Positions 1-8,486 of a stretch of DNA of 64,000 nucleotides are shown piece by piece. Under the pieces are notes generated by a model that saw only the letters and a program-made list of their open reading frames with translations, ran no database searches and had not been told where the DNA came from. How positions within the stretch are numbered: position 1 is the first letter of the stretch; each line of letters starts with the position of its first letter. The DNA is from a virus. Position numbers and translations under genes: made by a program. The stretch lies in the UHGV virus genome UHGV-0113858; one strand, 5' to 3'.

Positions 1-5
1 ACATC

Positions 6-377
6 ATGCGCTTAACTAACTTTGACCGTTACTACATCCGCGACGAACAAGCCAGCGCTTTCGGGTATGATCGTTCTATGTGTATGCAGCAGCACAAAGA
101 AGGCGCACGTTTACACGTTGAAACCGTTGCTTTTGAAAATTATTTCATGGCTACTTTTACCGATGGTTTGCAAATGTCTATTGAGTTTAAAAATGGCGTT
201 ATGACCCTCGCAACCGAAGACAAATTTCGTAAAAAAGATCTCCGCGCTCATCCTTGTTTTGCAACTAATAAAGAATTATTGATCCGTGTTTATATCCGCC
301 ACGTTGTAGGCCGCATCGCTAACGAACAGCAGATCGCCGCCCTTGTTGATCTGGCCCTGAATCTCGATTTAAACTAA
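6..377 (+). CDS. hypothetical protein (123 aa)
   Basis: ORF in six-frame track; no recognisable motif. Confidence 0.35.
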   Translation: MRLTNFDRYYIRDEQASAFGYDRSMCMQQHKEGARLHVETVAFENYFMATFTDGLQMSIEFKNGVMTLATEDKFRKKDLRAHPCFATNKELLIRVYIRHVVGRIANEQQIAALVDLALNLDLN

Positions 378-407
378 TTGACAACGGGGCCGAAAGGCCC
401 CATAATA
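378..407 (+). promoter_or_regulatory. sigma70-like promoter; its 18-nt spacer is a GGGGCC-GAAA-GGCCCC hairpin
   Basis: TTGACA at 378-383, ATAATA at 402-407, hairpin 386-401 upstream of ORF 440. Confidence 0.3.
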
Positions 408-439
408 CAGACTCACTAAACAAAACGAGGTAAACGGAA

Positions 440-754
440 ATGACTAAATCTAAATTCTTTGAAATGCTGGATAAATATCTATCAAGCCATAACGAGTGGG
501 CCAAACTTGGAAACGGTGGCGATTCATACAACGCTCGCCAGCTTAAACCCTACGTTTTCCACGAAGATCCGGCAAAACTGAAAGCATATCAAGAAAAAGA
601 TCCGTCATATCCCTGGACCGCTCACGCATCAGGTTTTACCCTAGCTGATTGTTGGCATGTTGAAGTAATGCAACATAAAACCGCCGAGGCGGCAGAAAAG
701 CAAGCCAAGATTTTTACCCGCTGGATCGCTGAATATAAAGAGCTTAACAAATAA
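440..754 (+). CDS. hypothetical protein (104 aa)
   Basis: ORF with AGG-rich RBS; followed by GC hairpin. Confidence 0.45.
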   Translation: MTKSKFFEMLDKYLSSHNEWAKLGNGGDSYNARQLKPYVFHEDPAKLKAYQEKDPSYPWTAHASGFTLADCWHVEVMQHKTAEAAEKQAKIFTRWIAEYKELNK

Positions 755-761
755 TTAAACC

Positions 762-779
762 GGGGCGCTAGCCGCCCCG
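762..779 (+). terminator. possible intrinsic terminator hairpin (GGGGCG-CTAGC-CGCCCC)
   Basis: stem-loop directly after ORF 440-754; weak T tract. Confidence 0.3.
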
Positions 780-802
780 TTATCCTTTGAGGTAAAGCAA
801 TT

Positions 803-1033
803 ATGATTAATATTAGTGTTGACAAGTTAGCCGAAATCATCCAGAAAGCAGGCGATGAAAAATATGGCGTAAACGATTGTTATTTCATTGGGCAGTATGA
901 GGACGGGCGCTATTATGGTGTGTTGTCTAACAAGGTGAAAAGCCGTAGCAGCGCCGCACAATTGCGCCGCCCGGAGTTTTTAGAACAAAAGGGCCTTAAA
1001 GTAATAAAAGTAATTAAACGCAAAAAAGGTTAA
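803..1033 (+). CDS. hypothetical protein (76 aa)
   Basis: ORF, GAGG RBS. Confidence 0.4.
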   Translation: MINISVDKLAEIIQKAGDEKYGVNDCYFIGQYEDGRYYGVLSNKVKSRSSAAQLRRPEFLEQKGLKVIKVIKRKKG

Positions 1034-1245
1034 TGATCATGAGAACTGTAAAAGCGAAGGAATTAAAAGGCGGAATGGTCATTGAGTTACCGGACATTGC
1101 ACCAGGCTTTAAGCCGGGTAGCGTCCTCATCACACAAATAGAAATCGAAGCGCCCCACATTGTGGAAGTATCTTTCTATTACAAAAAGCGCTATATGGCC
1201 GACCTTTATCACCCTGAGGCGGAATTTAAACTAATCGGTGAATGA
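1033..1245 (+). CDS. hypothetical protein (70 aa)
   Basis: ORF, start overlaps previous stop (ATGA). Confidence 0.4.
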   Translation: MIMRTVKAKELKGGMVIELPDIAPGFKPGSVLITQIEIEAPHIVEVSFYYKKRYMADLYHPEAEFKLIGE

Positions 1246-1358
1246 GGCTGTAAAGAAAAGGCAACTAATTAAAAAGCGCTTGCCTGGCCAGATGTTTTCG
1301 ACTATTATTTATTTCAGGGCGGGAAGATAATCAACCCGCAAAACCGAAGGTAAATAAA

Positions 1359-1529
1359 ATGTCAAATATCCGCTACAATATCAAAAGCACTTCAAAAACC
1401 GGTTATGTGTCTTATGTTCGCCAGGGGTCTACAACTGCTTGGACCTTTGAAGAATGTATGAAAATTGTTACTACGCTTTCAGGTGATGATCGCTATATGG
1501 GCGTTTTATTTGAGATTGAATTAGCTTAA
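1359..1529 (+). CDS. small hypothetical protein (56 aa, below ORF-track cutoff)
   Basis: ATG with GAAGG RBS; ends just before terminator. Confidence 0.3.
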   Translation: MSNIRYNIKSTSKTGYVSYVRQGSTTAWTFEECMKIVTTLSGDDRYMGVLFEIELA

Positions 1530-1546
1530 TTAGCAAAATAACACCG

Positions 1547-1570
1547 GGGCGCTATTGCAGCGCCCTTTTT
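1547..1570 (+). terminator. rho-independent terminator
   Basis: GGGCGCT-ATTGC-AGCGCCC stem followed by TTTTT. Confidence 0.7.
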
Positions 1571-1614
1571 CGTCTGTTATTCTTCTATCTCCTTCATTAA
1601 ACGAGTAACACCAA

Positions 1615-1878
1615 ATGACAAACATGATTTACACTGTAAGCAAAACAAGCCTTTTACGCGCTACCCTGCTGGCTTGCCTTATTGCTTTAGTGTCTAATAC
1701 GTGTTTTAACTCGCTGGCTTGCCTGGTAACGACTGAGACAATGGCGCAAGGTTTTAACACCATGATCGACGTTTTACAATTGACGTTTTACACTCTGATT
1801 AAACTTAATCGCTTTAATCGTTTAGACCGTTATGATCTCCCTTTCTTGATCGCTGGCCTGCTGGCTATCGCGCTGTAA
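1615..1878 (+). CDS. hypothetical hydrophobic protein (87 aa)
   Basis: ORF, hydrophobic segments. Confidence 0.35.
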   Translation: MTNMIYTVSKTSLLRATLLACLIALVSNTCFNSLACLVTTETMAQGFNTMIDVLQLTFYTLIKLNRFNRLDRYDLPFLIAGLLAIAL

Positions 1879-2252
1879 GTCTCCACTACTCCCCAAAAAT
1901 AATGCCGGGCAACTCCCGCTTTTGTGTTTTTATACTTTAGGTTTTATCAATCAATAATCAAAAAGTGATAGATGACTAAAACCTGCATAATCGAGATCTC
2001 CAGACGGTAACCCACTAACCAGGGTAAGAGATAAAGCCCCTCAAAATGGCACATATTGCGCTTAAAATGGTATGGCCCTACCTAACAACCCCAACAATTA
2101 ATAACGCATGTTATTAACTGAATAAAACATGCATTTTTAAGCATTATGTATGCATAGTGTGAGAATCGCTATCAAATGACAACTTTTATCATCTAGCCTA
2201 TTGTGTGAACTGGTTTTATTGAGCATAAAAATAAAATCTTGTCAAATAAAAA

Positions 2253-2270
2253 TCGTTCGCGTAATCGTGG
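2253..2270. repeat. direct repeat copy 1 (TCGTTCGCGTAATCGTGG)
   Basis: 18-mer repeated at 2392-2409 with one mismatch. Confidence 0.8.
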
Positions 2271-2292
2271 GGAGTGGCGCGAGCGTAGCGAG

Positions 2293-2311
2293 CGACACAA
2301 TAACACGGGAG
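2293..2311. repeat. left arm of a perfect 19-bp inverted repeat (CGACACAATAACACGGGAG)
   Basis: exact reverse complement at 2529-2547. Confidence 0.9.
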
Positions 2312-2391
2312 TAACTCAAATGATAATCTCCCCGTCGCTAAAGCGATTAGCAACTAAAGTTGCTAACCCGTGGAACGGGCTATTATCATTT

Positions 2392-2409
2392 TCGTTCGCG
2401 TTATCGTGG
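2392..2409. repeat. direct repeat copy 2 (TCGTTCGCGTTATCGTGG)
   Basis: matches 2253-2270 at 17/18. Confidence 0.8.
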
Positions 2410-2528
2410 CTCGTAGACGCCTAAGAGCGAATGAAAATTGTTATCATTAAGATGATTACATACGTAATCATTAACAGCCTAATTTTATCACATCGCCACG
2501 ATAACACCGATCACGCCCTGCGTGATCG

Positions 2529-2547
2529 CTCCCGTGTTATTGTGTCG
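2529..2547. repeat. right arm of the perfect 19-bp inverted repeat
   Basis: CTCCCGTGTTATTGTGTCG is the exact reverse complement of 2293-2311. Confidence 0.9.
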
Positions 2548-2959
2548 ATAGATATCGATTAGCGTAAACGCTAACCCGTTTCGGGCATTGATTGTGTCGG
2601 TATGTGATGATAACACATGGTTACTATATGCGATCAAATCGCATTAAATCGTGAATAATGGTTGACAAACCAGAATTATTGATAATGAAAACATGTTGTT
2701 TTTGAGCATAGTTTGCCTGAAGTGTCAATATAAATTTATCATAGGGAATAGCTATCAATCCCTTGCGTAGCAATAAAGAAAATAGTTACCTATTGTAACT
2801 ATTTCAATGCTTTAGCATTGCCGGGTATCCGGTCCGTAACGGTGTTGATGGGAATGATTATCATTGCGGAAATGCTCAAAGTATAGCTGTGTGTTAAACA
2901 CAATTCTCTCTCCTTGTCAAGCTTTTATTTATAAATTTACAAAATATTTATATTTGCGG

Positions 2960-2972
2960 AATGATTCTCATT
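2960..2972. repeat. AATGATTCTCATT motif copy 1
   Basis: 13-mer repeated at 3001-3013 and as a palindromic doublet at 3609-3627. Confidence 0.8.
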
Positions 2973-3000
2973 TCGAAATTGAATTCGAAATCGAAATAAT

Positions 3001-3013
3001 AATGATTCTCATT
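3001..3013. repeat. AATGATTCTCATT motif copy 2
   Basis: identical 13-mer. Confidence 0.8.
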
Positions 3014-3505
3014 CGTCGTCTCATTCACAAAACAACCCTAAAACATGAATAATCACACATGAAACTATCACCACAGTAACAGTCACACCATGTAATGACC
3101 TGAAGCGGCTGGCCTATGCGTCGCACTGGTAACATTGGGGCATTATTAGCTTGCTATGTGTTGTTATCTAGTGCGTATAACGTGTTTTATGTTAAATGGC
3201 GTAATTCATATAAATATAAACAAGTCAATAGCAAATCGTGCTCTAAGCTGGCAAACCATATGCTTGCTATGTATCACACACAATTATTATTAGTTTCGGC
3301 AAGTAACTATCATGTCTGAGGAGGCCCCGAGGAACCGGGAACCGGATCGACCTTGCCCATGATATTTTGTAAAGATCCGTAAAAATAGTTGACGCCCGGA
3401 GCTGTCCGTCTAGCACCTCAGACAGTGCGAATGCTCCAAAACACCCAGACAGATATTTTTCGGCAAGTGATATTTTCGGCAGGGGGCATGTTTTGATTTC
3501 CCCAC

Positions 3506-3539
3506 GGGGGAAGGGGTGGTTATACGGGGAAAACAGGGG
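3506..3539 (+). other. G-quadruplex-type motif GGGGG-AA-GGGG-N9-GGGG-N6-GGGG inside a G-tract island (3482-3566)
   Basis: four G4+ tracts within 34 nt in an otherwise AT-rich non-coding region. Confidence 0.5.
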
Positions 3540-3608
3540 CCTGTTTACGGTATCGACATATCGGGGAGTCCCTTCAGATTGTGTGTTAATGAAATGAGTA
3601 CGTAGTAC

Positions 3609-3627
3609 AATGAGAATCATTCTCATT
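3609..3627. repeat. near-palindrome AATGAGAATCATTCTCATT (both orientations of the motif fused)
   Basis: contains the reverse complement and the forward copy of the 13-mer. Confidence 0.75.
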
Positions 3628-3731
3628 TACAGACAACCGGGCAGGTCCGGTGATTGTTTCGTGCAGCCTCAGCACCTGTTGCTGTGTGCAGGATAACAGG
3701 GTTGCCTATTCAGGTCAACCCCTTCGTGCGG

Positions 3732-4019
3732 TCACCACTGATGAAATCTTTTGTGCTCCCATCTCGCCCGGCTGATGATACACCACATAGCCTGTTCATC
3801 ATAGAAACCAAGCGCTTTAAGCTCTTGCTTCACATCGCTCAACTGTGCGTATAAATAAAGCTTTTTACTACCTTGACGCAGGAGGATAGCTGGTACAAGT
3901 GTCTTTGCATAGTCCAACAACACCTCTATTCTCTGCCTTTTCCCTTCAGATTTCTTGCGTGGGCAATTCCTGATGTGTGCCAGTTTTGCTGGCGCTTTTA
4001 CTACTTTGTTGAAAGCCAT
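3732..4019 (-). CDS. hypothetical basic protein (95 aa)
   Basis: ORF with AAGGAA RBS; last gene of the leftward block. Confidence 0.4.
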   Translation of the reverse strand: MAFNKVVKAPAKLAHIRNCPRKKSEGKRQRIEVLLDYAKTLVPAILLRQGSKKLYLYAQLSDVKQELKALGFYDEQAMWCIISRARWEHKRFHQW

Positions 4020-4028
4020 AGAGGTTCC

Positions 4029-4196
4029 TTAAAGAATGGTTGTGATGATCAGACATTGTTGTGTGGTTCTCATCATTGCATGGGTGGCCTGGCCCGTTGG
4101 AGGGTCGTTATTGTCATCATCGTCATCTACGAATAAGGTAAGGACCACCACCACGATGGCAACAATCCCCAACACCCAAAGAACTATAAGTCCCAT
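4029..4196 (-). CDS. small membrane peptide (55 aa, poly-Asp tail)
   Basis: hydrophobic helix; start coupled to upstream stop (TGATG). Confidence 0.3.
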   Translation of the reverse strand: MGLIVLWVLGIVAIVVVVLTLFVDDDDDNNDPPTGQATHAMMRTTQQCLIITTIL

Positions 4197-4312
4197 CATT
4201 CATCCTTCTTAGCCACTGGCCCAATAGATACGTACAACATCATCCCATAAGGGATAAGGATCAGGAGCACTGTAATCAGCATCCCTAGTAATAAGAAACC
4301 CATGTCGTCCAT
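4196..4312 (-). CDS. small membrane peptide (38 aa)
   Basis: GAGGAG RBS, single TM helix. Confidence 0.3.
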   Translation of the reverse strand: MDDMGFLLLGMLITVLLILIPYGMMLYVSIGPVAKKDE

Positions 4313-4435
4313 AAAATTCTCCTCGTGTAATTGATAGAGGGAGTATAATCGCCGAGCCTGTTTACGTCAAGGTAAATTGATGCTCCACTTTAGATAAAAG
4401 AAAAGGAGCCTCTTCAGACTCCCTTGTGGTGTGGG

Positions 4436-4864
4436 TCAGATATTCTTGACTGCGATCAGGTTTGGGACATACGTACATGTTGGGGAGTAAGGGGTGTCCT
4501 TCCTGCGAAGCTGTGTCTTGCACAGAGAAGCATGTGATTGTGTGTCCACAGGCTCTCGGTCATAGAACGGATATCCGCTGCACATGTACGGGCGATCCTC
4601 GTAAATTGAGCACTTGTTGTCTTTCAGCTTTGTGCAGGTAAAGTAGCTGGTGAAGTGATTTGTTCCTTTACCAACTTCCTCACGACCTGTAACAACAAGA
4701 GGATTCCGTTTGTAGGCCTCATCCCTGGAGATTGGTTTCATCATCTCCCCGTGGATAGCAGATATTCTTCCGGCCCTGATTTTTTCGTGGAAGTCTTCGT
4801 GGGTGATGTTGTCTATGGCGATAACTTCACAACAGGCACTGCAATTATGGCAATGTTTTATCAT
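4436..4864 (-). CDS. YkgJ-family CxxCxxCC zinc/iron-chelating domain protein
   Basis: N-terminal CHNCSACC motif (C-x2-C-x2-CC) plus extra Cys. Confidence 0.45.
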   Translation of the reverse strand: MIKHCHNCSACCEVIAIDNITHEDFHEKIRAGRISAIHGEMMKPISRDEAYKRNPLVVTGREEVGKGTNHFTSYFTCTKLKDNKCSIYEDRPYMCSGYPFYDREPVDTQSHASLCKTQLRRKDTPYSPTCTYVPNLIAVKNI

Positions 4865-5182
4865 TTATAACCTCATCCAGGTTTGATAGTCAGCTTCTGT
4901 GTGGTGCTCATCCCGTGCAACCTTTTGTGGTGGAGCAGGGTTCTTTGCAGCAGCTTCCATGATTCCCCGTGGGTCGGGGTCTTCAATCAGGTGTTTGTGT
5001 TCATCACAGGCGTAATGCTTGTACCAGTCACGCAGTCCCCACGGTGGTTGGTATTTCGTCATAACTGTGCAGCGCCTGCGGATGCCAATGGCTTTGCAGA
5101 ATTTGCAGTAGGTTATAGGTTTGCACTTCTTCAGCGGGATAGCTTTCATTATCACCCCGCAAATGGATGGTGCAGAATACAC
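4865..5182 (-). CDS. hypothetical Cys-containing protein
   Basis: ORF; true start may be an internal Met. Confidence 0.35.
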   Translation of the reverse strand: MYSAPSICGVIMKAIPLKKCKPITYCKFCKAIGIRRRCTVMTKYQPPWGLRDWYKHYACDEHKHLIEDPDPRGIMEAAAKNPAPPQKVARDEHHTEADYQTWMRL

Positions 5183-5346
5183 ACAGCGAAGTTAAATAGT
5201 GTCAGCAACTGAAGTGGCAGCATCCACCACCGACGTCCTTCGGGAAAGAATTGCACCATACTTCTCCAACCAACACATTCGAAAACCGCTGCGACGGAGA
5301 TGAATAACCAAAGAAACCAGAGTATTGCCAATAGTGCTGTCATCAA
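5152..5346 (-). CDS. small membrane protein (64 aa)
   Basis: hydrophobic ORF. Confidence 0.3.
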   Translation of the reverse strand: MMTALLAILWFLWLFISVAAVFECVGWRSMVQFFPEGRRWWMLPLQLLTLFNFAVCILHHPFAG

Positions 5347-5546
5347 TAATATTCCCCCTCATCACCCATATACCACGAGTCCGGGCTATCGTCTAAAGCA
5401 GCCTCTCCCCAGTCACGGCTCTTTTTCCCTTTGGTCTGTTCCTTTCCAAAAAGAGCAGTCCCGTCAAGAAGATGGCCCATAGCTTTCTCGCCCTTTTTGA
5501 CGATCCTCCCACGGGCATTCCATTCTTCAAATGTTCTGTAGGCCAT
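5343..5546 (-). CDS. hypothetical protein (67 aa)
   Basis: ORF in leftward block. Confidence 0.35.
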   Translation of the reverse strand: MAYRTFEEWNARGRIVKKGEKAMGHLLDGTALFGKEQTKGKKSRDWGEAALDDSPDSWYMGDEGEYY

Positions 5547-5555
5547 AATTTTCCA

Positions 5556-5834
5556 TCACCAAAGAATTACATAGTTATGCTTCAAGCATCTCTTCATACC
5601 ATAAAGGTCGGCCTGAATGCACATGATGACCAACTCACGATCGAAAGATGTCATGCCGTCTTCATGGCAACTCTTTACATAGTTTTCGATCCAAACTTCA
5701 TCTGTTAACAGCGCCTCTGTGGTAGCAATTTCTTGCTTTATCCACTCACGCTCTTCAGGTGTTATTGGGGTCCCCATCCTTGCATCCGTAAAGATATTCA
5801 TGGTGTCATCTCCCACCAAACATTGAACATCCAT
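5556..5834 (-). CDS. hypothetical protein (92 aa)
   Basis: ORF. Confidence 0.4.
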   Translation of the reverse strand: MDVQCLVGDDTMNIFTDARMGTPITPEEREWIKQEIATTEALLTDEVWIENYVKSCHEDGMTSFDRELVIMCIQADLYGMKRCLKHNYVILW

Positions 5835-6031
5835 GCTGAAAGAAATGCATGGGCAATCATCATGAGACCAGGGAAAACAAACGGATCTTCTTTTTTACGA
5901 AGCAGGAGTGTTAATCCCTGCAACCCACAGCAAACCGTGTTCAAAATGAACAAGAAAAACGTAAATACTAAGACAAACATATCCTTACTCCCAAAGACCA
6001 AAGTGATTAAGTACCGCGATGATGAGAACAA
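5798..6031 (-). CDS. small membrane protein (77 aa)
   Basis: two hydrophobic helices. Confidence 0.3.
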   Translation of the reverse strand: MFSSSRYLITLVFGSKDMFVLVFTFFLFILNTVCCGLQGLTLLLRKKEDPFVFPGLMMIAHAFLSAWMFNVWWEMTP

Positions 6032-6192
6032 TGGCTACGACTTTCAGGATAAAAGGCAGACATCCGAGGTTCTCATAAACACCGCTTCTTTCCGCATTGA
6101 AGTGATCGCGGACGATCGCCCTCATTATCCAGAAATTCATAGCTCCTCCTCTTGATTAGATACCCTGAGGATATATTACTATCCATGAGGTG

Positions 6193-6438
6193 TCAAGGCT
6201 CTTTTCCAAAAAGAATACGATCATGACCAACAATAGCCTTCGTCTTTTCCTTCAGAGCGAACCGCTTTGTCCAGTCAGCCATGTCCTGAATGTACCAACA
6301 AGCCTCTGCCGCTGCACGAATATTCGCTACATATTCGAGTGCGCCCTGATACCCACGAGAAACACCCTCCGCCCACCGGATACCGGGGCGCGTTGTATCA
6401 AGATGCTCTAATGCCTTCTTAACATTTTCCATCATCAA
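6193..6438 (-). CDS. hypothetical protein (81 aa)
   Basis: ORF. Confidence 0.4.
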   Translation of the reverse strand: MMMENVKKALEHLDTTRPGIRWAEGVSRGYQGALEYVANIRAAAEACWYIQDMADWTKRFALKEKTKAIVGHDRILFGKEP

Positions 6439-6733
6439 CCTCCAGGAGATATTTTTGTCTACGTCGCACTCTCACATCATGCATACCTGTACTGCCGAGA
6501 AGATTTGCGATCTTCCATGATTTTACTTCAGGAAATTCCTTTTTTACCACACCCTGAAGATGTTTGTTTATTTTTCTACGGGTCTCCACTGCACGTTTAT
6601 AACCTTTAGTTTTGAACAGGTTACACCAGGTGTCTCTGGTATTTGCATCGATGCTGAAACTTCTCATCACTAATTGAAAGATCCGTTTACGGTGACCCGT
6701 ACATGTCTCATCGAGGACATAATAATTTTTCAC
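6419..6733 (-). CDS. hypothetical protein (104 aa)
   Basis: ORF. Confidence 0.4.
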   Translation of the reverse strand: MKNYYVLDETCTGHRKRIFQLVMRSFSIDANTRDTWCNLFKTKGYKRAVETRRKINKHLQGVVKKEFPEVKSWKIANLLGSTGMHDVRVRRRQKYLLEVDDGKC

Positions 6734-6820
6734 AAGAACTCCTTCACAAAAAGATCGACGGCAAAATCCAGGCCCCGGCGTAGCGGGGGTACTGGATTTG
6801 GACGGCGCGGCGCTTCGCGC

Positions 6821-7369
6821 CTATACACGATCACCAAACAGTTTTTCAAAGCTAGCCATTCTTTCTTTCACCCGTTCAGGGTCTGCGGACAAGAAGTGGC
6901 GACTATCGCCCCTGATAAGTGTTCCCGTGTAGCCGATACTTTTATTAAAGGCTGTGGCGATATCTTCCACAGCATATCCTCTCTTGTGCAGTTCCCTTAT
7001 GACCGCGACATCCTCGTCACTGAGTGCTTGATTTCCCGCCTTGATGTTCTTAGCAGTACCTTCGGGACCATTTTTACCCTTCACCATCCCCGTAACCTCA
7101 TAAAAGTATTCCGGGATTCTTGAAGGAACCAGCACAGGGTCTCTTAATCGGACGGCCTTTATAACCTTGTGGTATGAGATTCCCATCATTTCGGCTACTT
7201 TCGTCAAAGGCCATTTGGTGTACTTCTTGATGGCTTTCAGAAAGATAACCTCCTCGTTTGAGAGCGATCTCCCATTGGGGGTCCCACTCGGGTCCCACCA
7301 TTGGTAATCTCTTGCCATCTGCTGTAAAGACTGCGTTCCCATAGCCATATTTTTGCTTTCTATCTTCAT
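6821..7369 (-). CDS. hypothetical protein with two HTH-like segments (possible DNA-binding)
   Basis: LTKVAEMMGISYHKVIKA and YAVEDIATAFNKSIGYTGTLIRG helix-turn-helix-like patterns. Confidence 0.4.
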   Translation of the reverse strand: MKIESKNMAMGTQSLQQMARDYQWWDPSGTPNGRSLSNEEVIFLKAIKKYTKWPLTKVAEMMGISYHKVIKAVRLRDPVLVPSRIPEYFYEVTGMVKGKNGPEGTAKNIKAGNQALSDEDVAVIRELHKRGYAVEDIATAFNKSIGYTGTLIRGDSRHFLSADPERVKERMASFEKLFGDRV

Positions 7370-7528
7370 TCACCGCCACTCCATCTTTACGCAACCGTAG
7401 CCTTTGTCCTTACATTTTACCATCTGCCGAATGGCCTCGTCAAAGCTTTCGCCCTGCCAGAATACATAATATTTATACTCACCTTCGTAGGCGTTTGTCC
7501 AGTATTGGACAGTAAAAGTGCTTCCCAT
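7370..7528 (-). CDS. small hypothetical protein (52 aa)
   Basis: GGAGG RBS, stop adjacent to next ATG. Confidence 0.3.
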   Translation of the reverse strand: MGSTFTVQYWTNAYEGEYKYYVFWQGESFDEAIRQMVKCKDKGYGCVKMEWR

Positions 7529-7536
7529 TTAGCCTC

Positions 7537-7713
7537 CTAATGATTTTCTAATAGCCGCCAAAAACGATCCAGGAAAAGGTTAGCCCAGAATGCGAATGCT
7601 ATTCCAAACAACAACATCCCCAAGAACTCGCGAAATTCTGTTGTCAGCACCAGGCCAGTCCCCATGATAATGGTCATGATAACACAGCCCAAGGTTTTCC
7701 AGATCTCAATCAT
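7537..7713 (-). CDS. small membrane protein (58 aa)
   Basis: ATGA overlap with upstream ORF, two TM helices. Confidence 0.3.
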   Translation of the reverse strand: MIEIWKTLGCVIMTIIMGTGLVLTTEFREFLGMLLFGIAFAFWANLFLDRFWRLLENH

Positions 7714-7958
7714 AAAGCGCCATCCCAGATCTCAAAAGATTCACCACCAAGCCTGAGGAGATCATGCTCATGAATCGGACAACAACGAAATCCTTCCAGC
7801 AGGCACATTTTGTCTAAATTGTAAACAAGATATAAACTGCCTCCCTTAGACATGTAAATGTAAATGCCCTGTAACCACTTAGGGTCCCTGAAGTAAATTC
7901 CATTGCTCCGAGATTTCTTCAGAGCAGACTTTATCAAAACCAAATCATCGTAAATCAT
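7710..7958 (-). CDS. hypothetical protein (82 aa)
   Basis: ORF. Confidence 0.35.
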   Translation of the reverse strand: MIYDDLVLIKSALKKSRSNGIYFRDPKWLQGIYIYMSKGGSLYLVYNLDKMCLLEGFRCCPIHEHDLLRLGGESFEIWDGAL

Positions 7959-7970
7959 ATTTTATCCTCA

Positions 7971-8330
7971 TTAAGGCTTGGAAGGAGGGGCTGGTGGTGG
8001 ACCTGGTCGCAACATCTTAGCAGAGACTGCGGCGATAATCTCTTCCCGTGTGGGATAGTAAATGCACTCATCCTCTTTTTCCTGGACGTGCTCTGCAATC
8101 TTTGCCATTGCACTTTCTTTCGTCAAAGAGGAATTCCAAATGGTTAGCCACAGGAATCCAAAGAATTTTTCCTGCACCCACCAACGTCCACCTTGACATT
8201 TTAGCCTAAATTTATTCATCGTAAGAAATCCCCTTAACATAACGCCAAGTTTTACGGCAATAGGCGAGCCACTTGGCAAGTTCGTCTTCACCAACACCAG
8301 ATTTGCACAAATACCAGCCGTTGTCAACAC
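7971..8330 (-). CDS. hypothetical protein; probable true start at 8219 (MNKFRL, GGGGA RBS)
   Basis: ORF; N-terminal extension lacks an RBS. Confidence 0.35.
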   Translation of the reverse strand: MLTTAGICANLVLVKTNLPSGSPIAVKLGVMLRGFLTMNKFRLKCQGGRWWVQEKFFGFLWLTIWNSSLTKESAMAKIAEHVQEKEDECIYYPTREEIIAAVSAKMLRPGPPPAPPSKP

Positions 8331-8444
8331 TCACCCGCCCATAGATGCAGAAGTTTTTCATACGCCTCCCCATGATTTCTCCTTTGAAATTGTTTATCTT
8401 GGCATTATGACAGAAAAAGAGGTCGTGTCAACAGTTGATTGATA

Positions 8445-8473
8445 CCAAATTTGTTGGTATACTCCCCATACAG
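8445..8473 (+). promoter_or_regulatory. near-consensus sigma70 promoter (TTGATT-17-TATACT)
   Basis: drives the antisense plus-strand cassette. Confidence 0.5.
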
Positions 8474-8486
8474 ATTTTAGAGGAGA

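Noticed and set aside
2239-2424. 61-aa Arg-rich plus-strand ORF
   Set aside because: Covers the 19-bp inverted repeat and direct repeats; amino-acid bias reflects the repeat sequence, no RBS
3267-3626. 119-aa minus-strand ORF spanning the G-tract island and the palindromic repeats
   Set aside because: Lies entirely within repeat/low-complexity non-coding DNA, no RBS, and its composition is driven by the G-runs; treated as spurious
1900-3700. DnaA boxes (TTATCCACA / TGTGGATAA) in the repeat-rich non-coding region
   Set aside because: Searched by eye; no 9-mer match found, so a DnaA-dependent origin is not supported by sequence alone
7098-7394. 98-aa minus-strand ORF overlapping 6821-7369 in another frame
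   Set aside because: Fully overlapped by the longer ORF, which has a start coupled to the upstream gene; treated as the alternative-frame shadow
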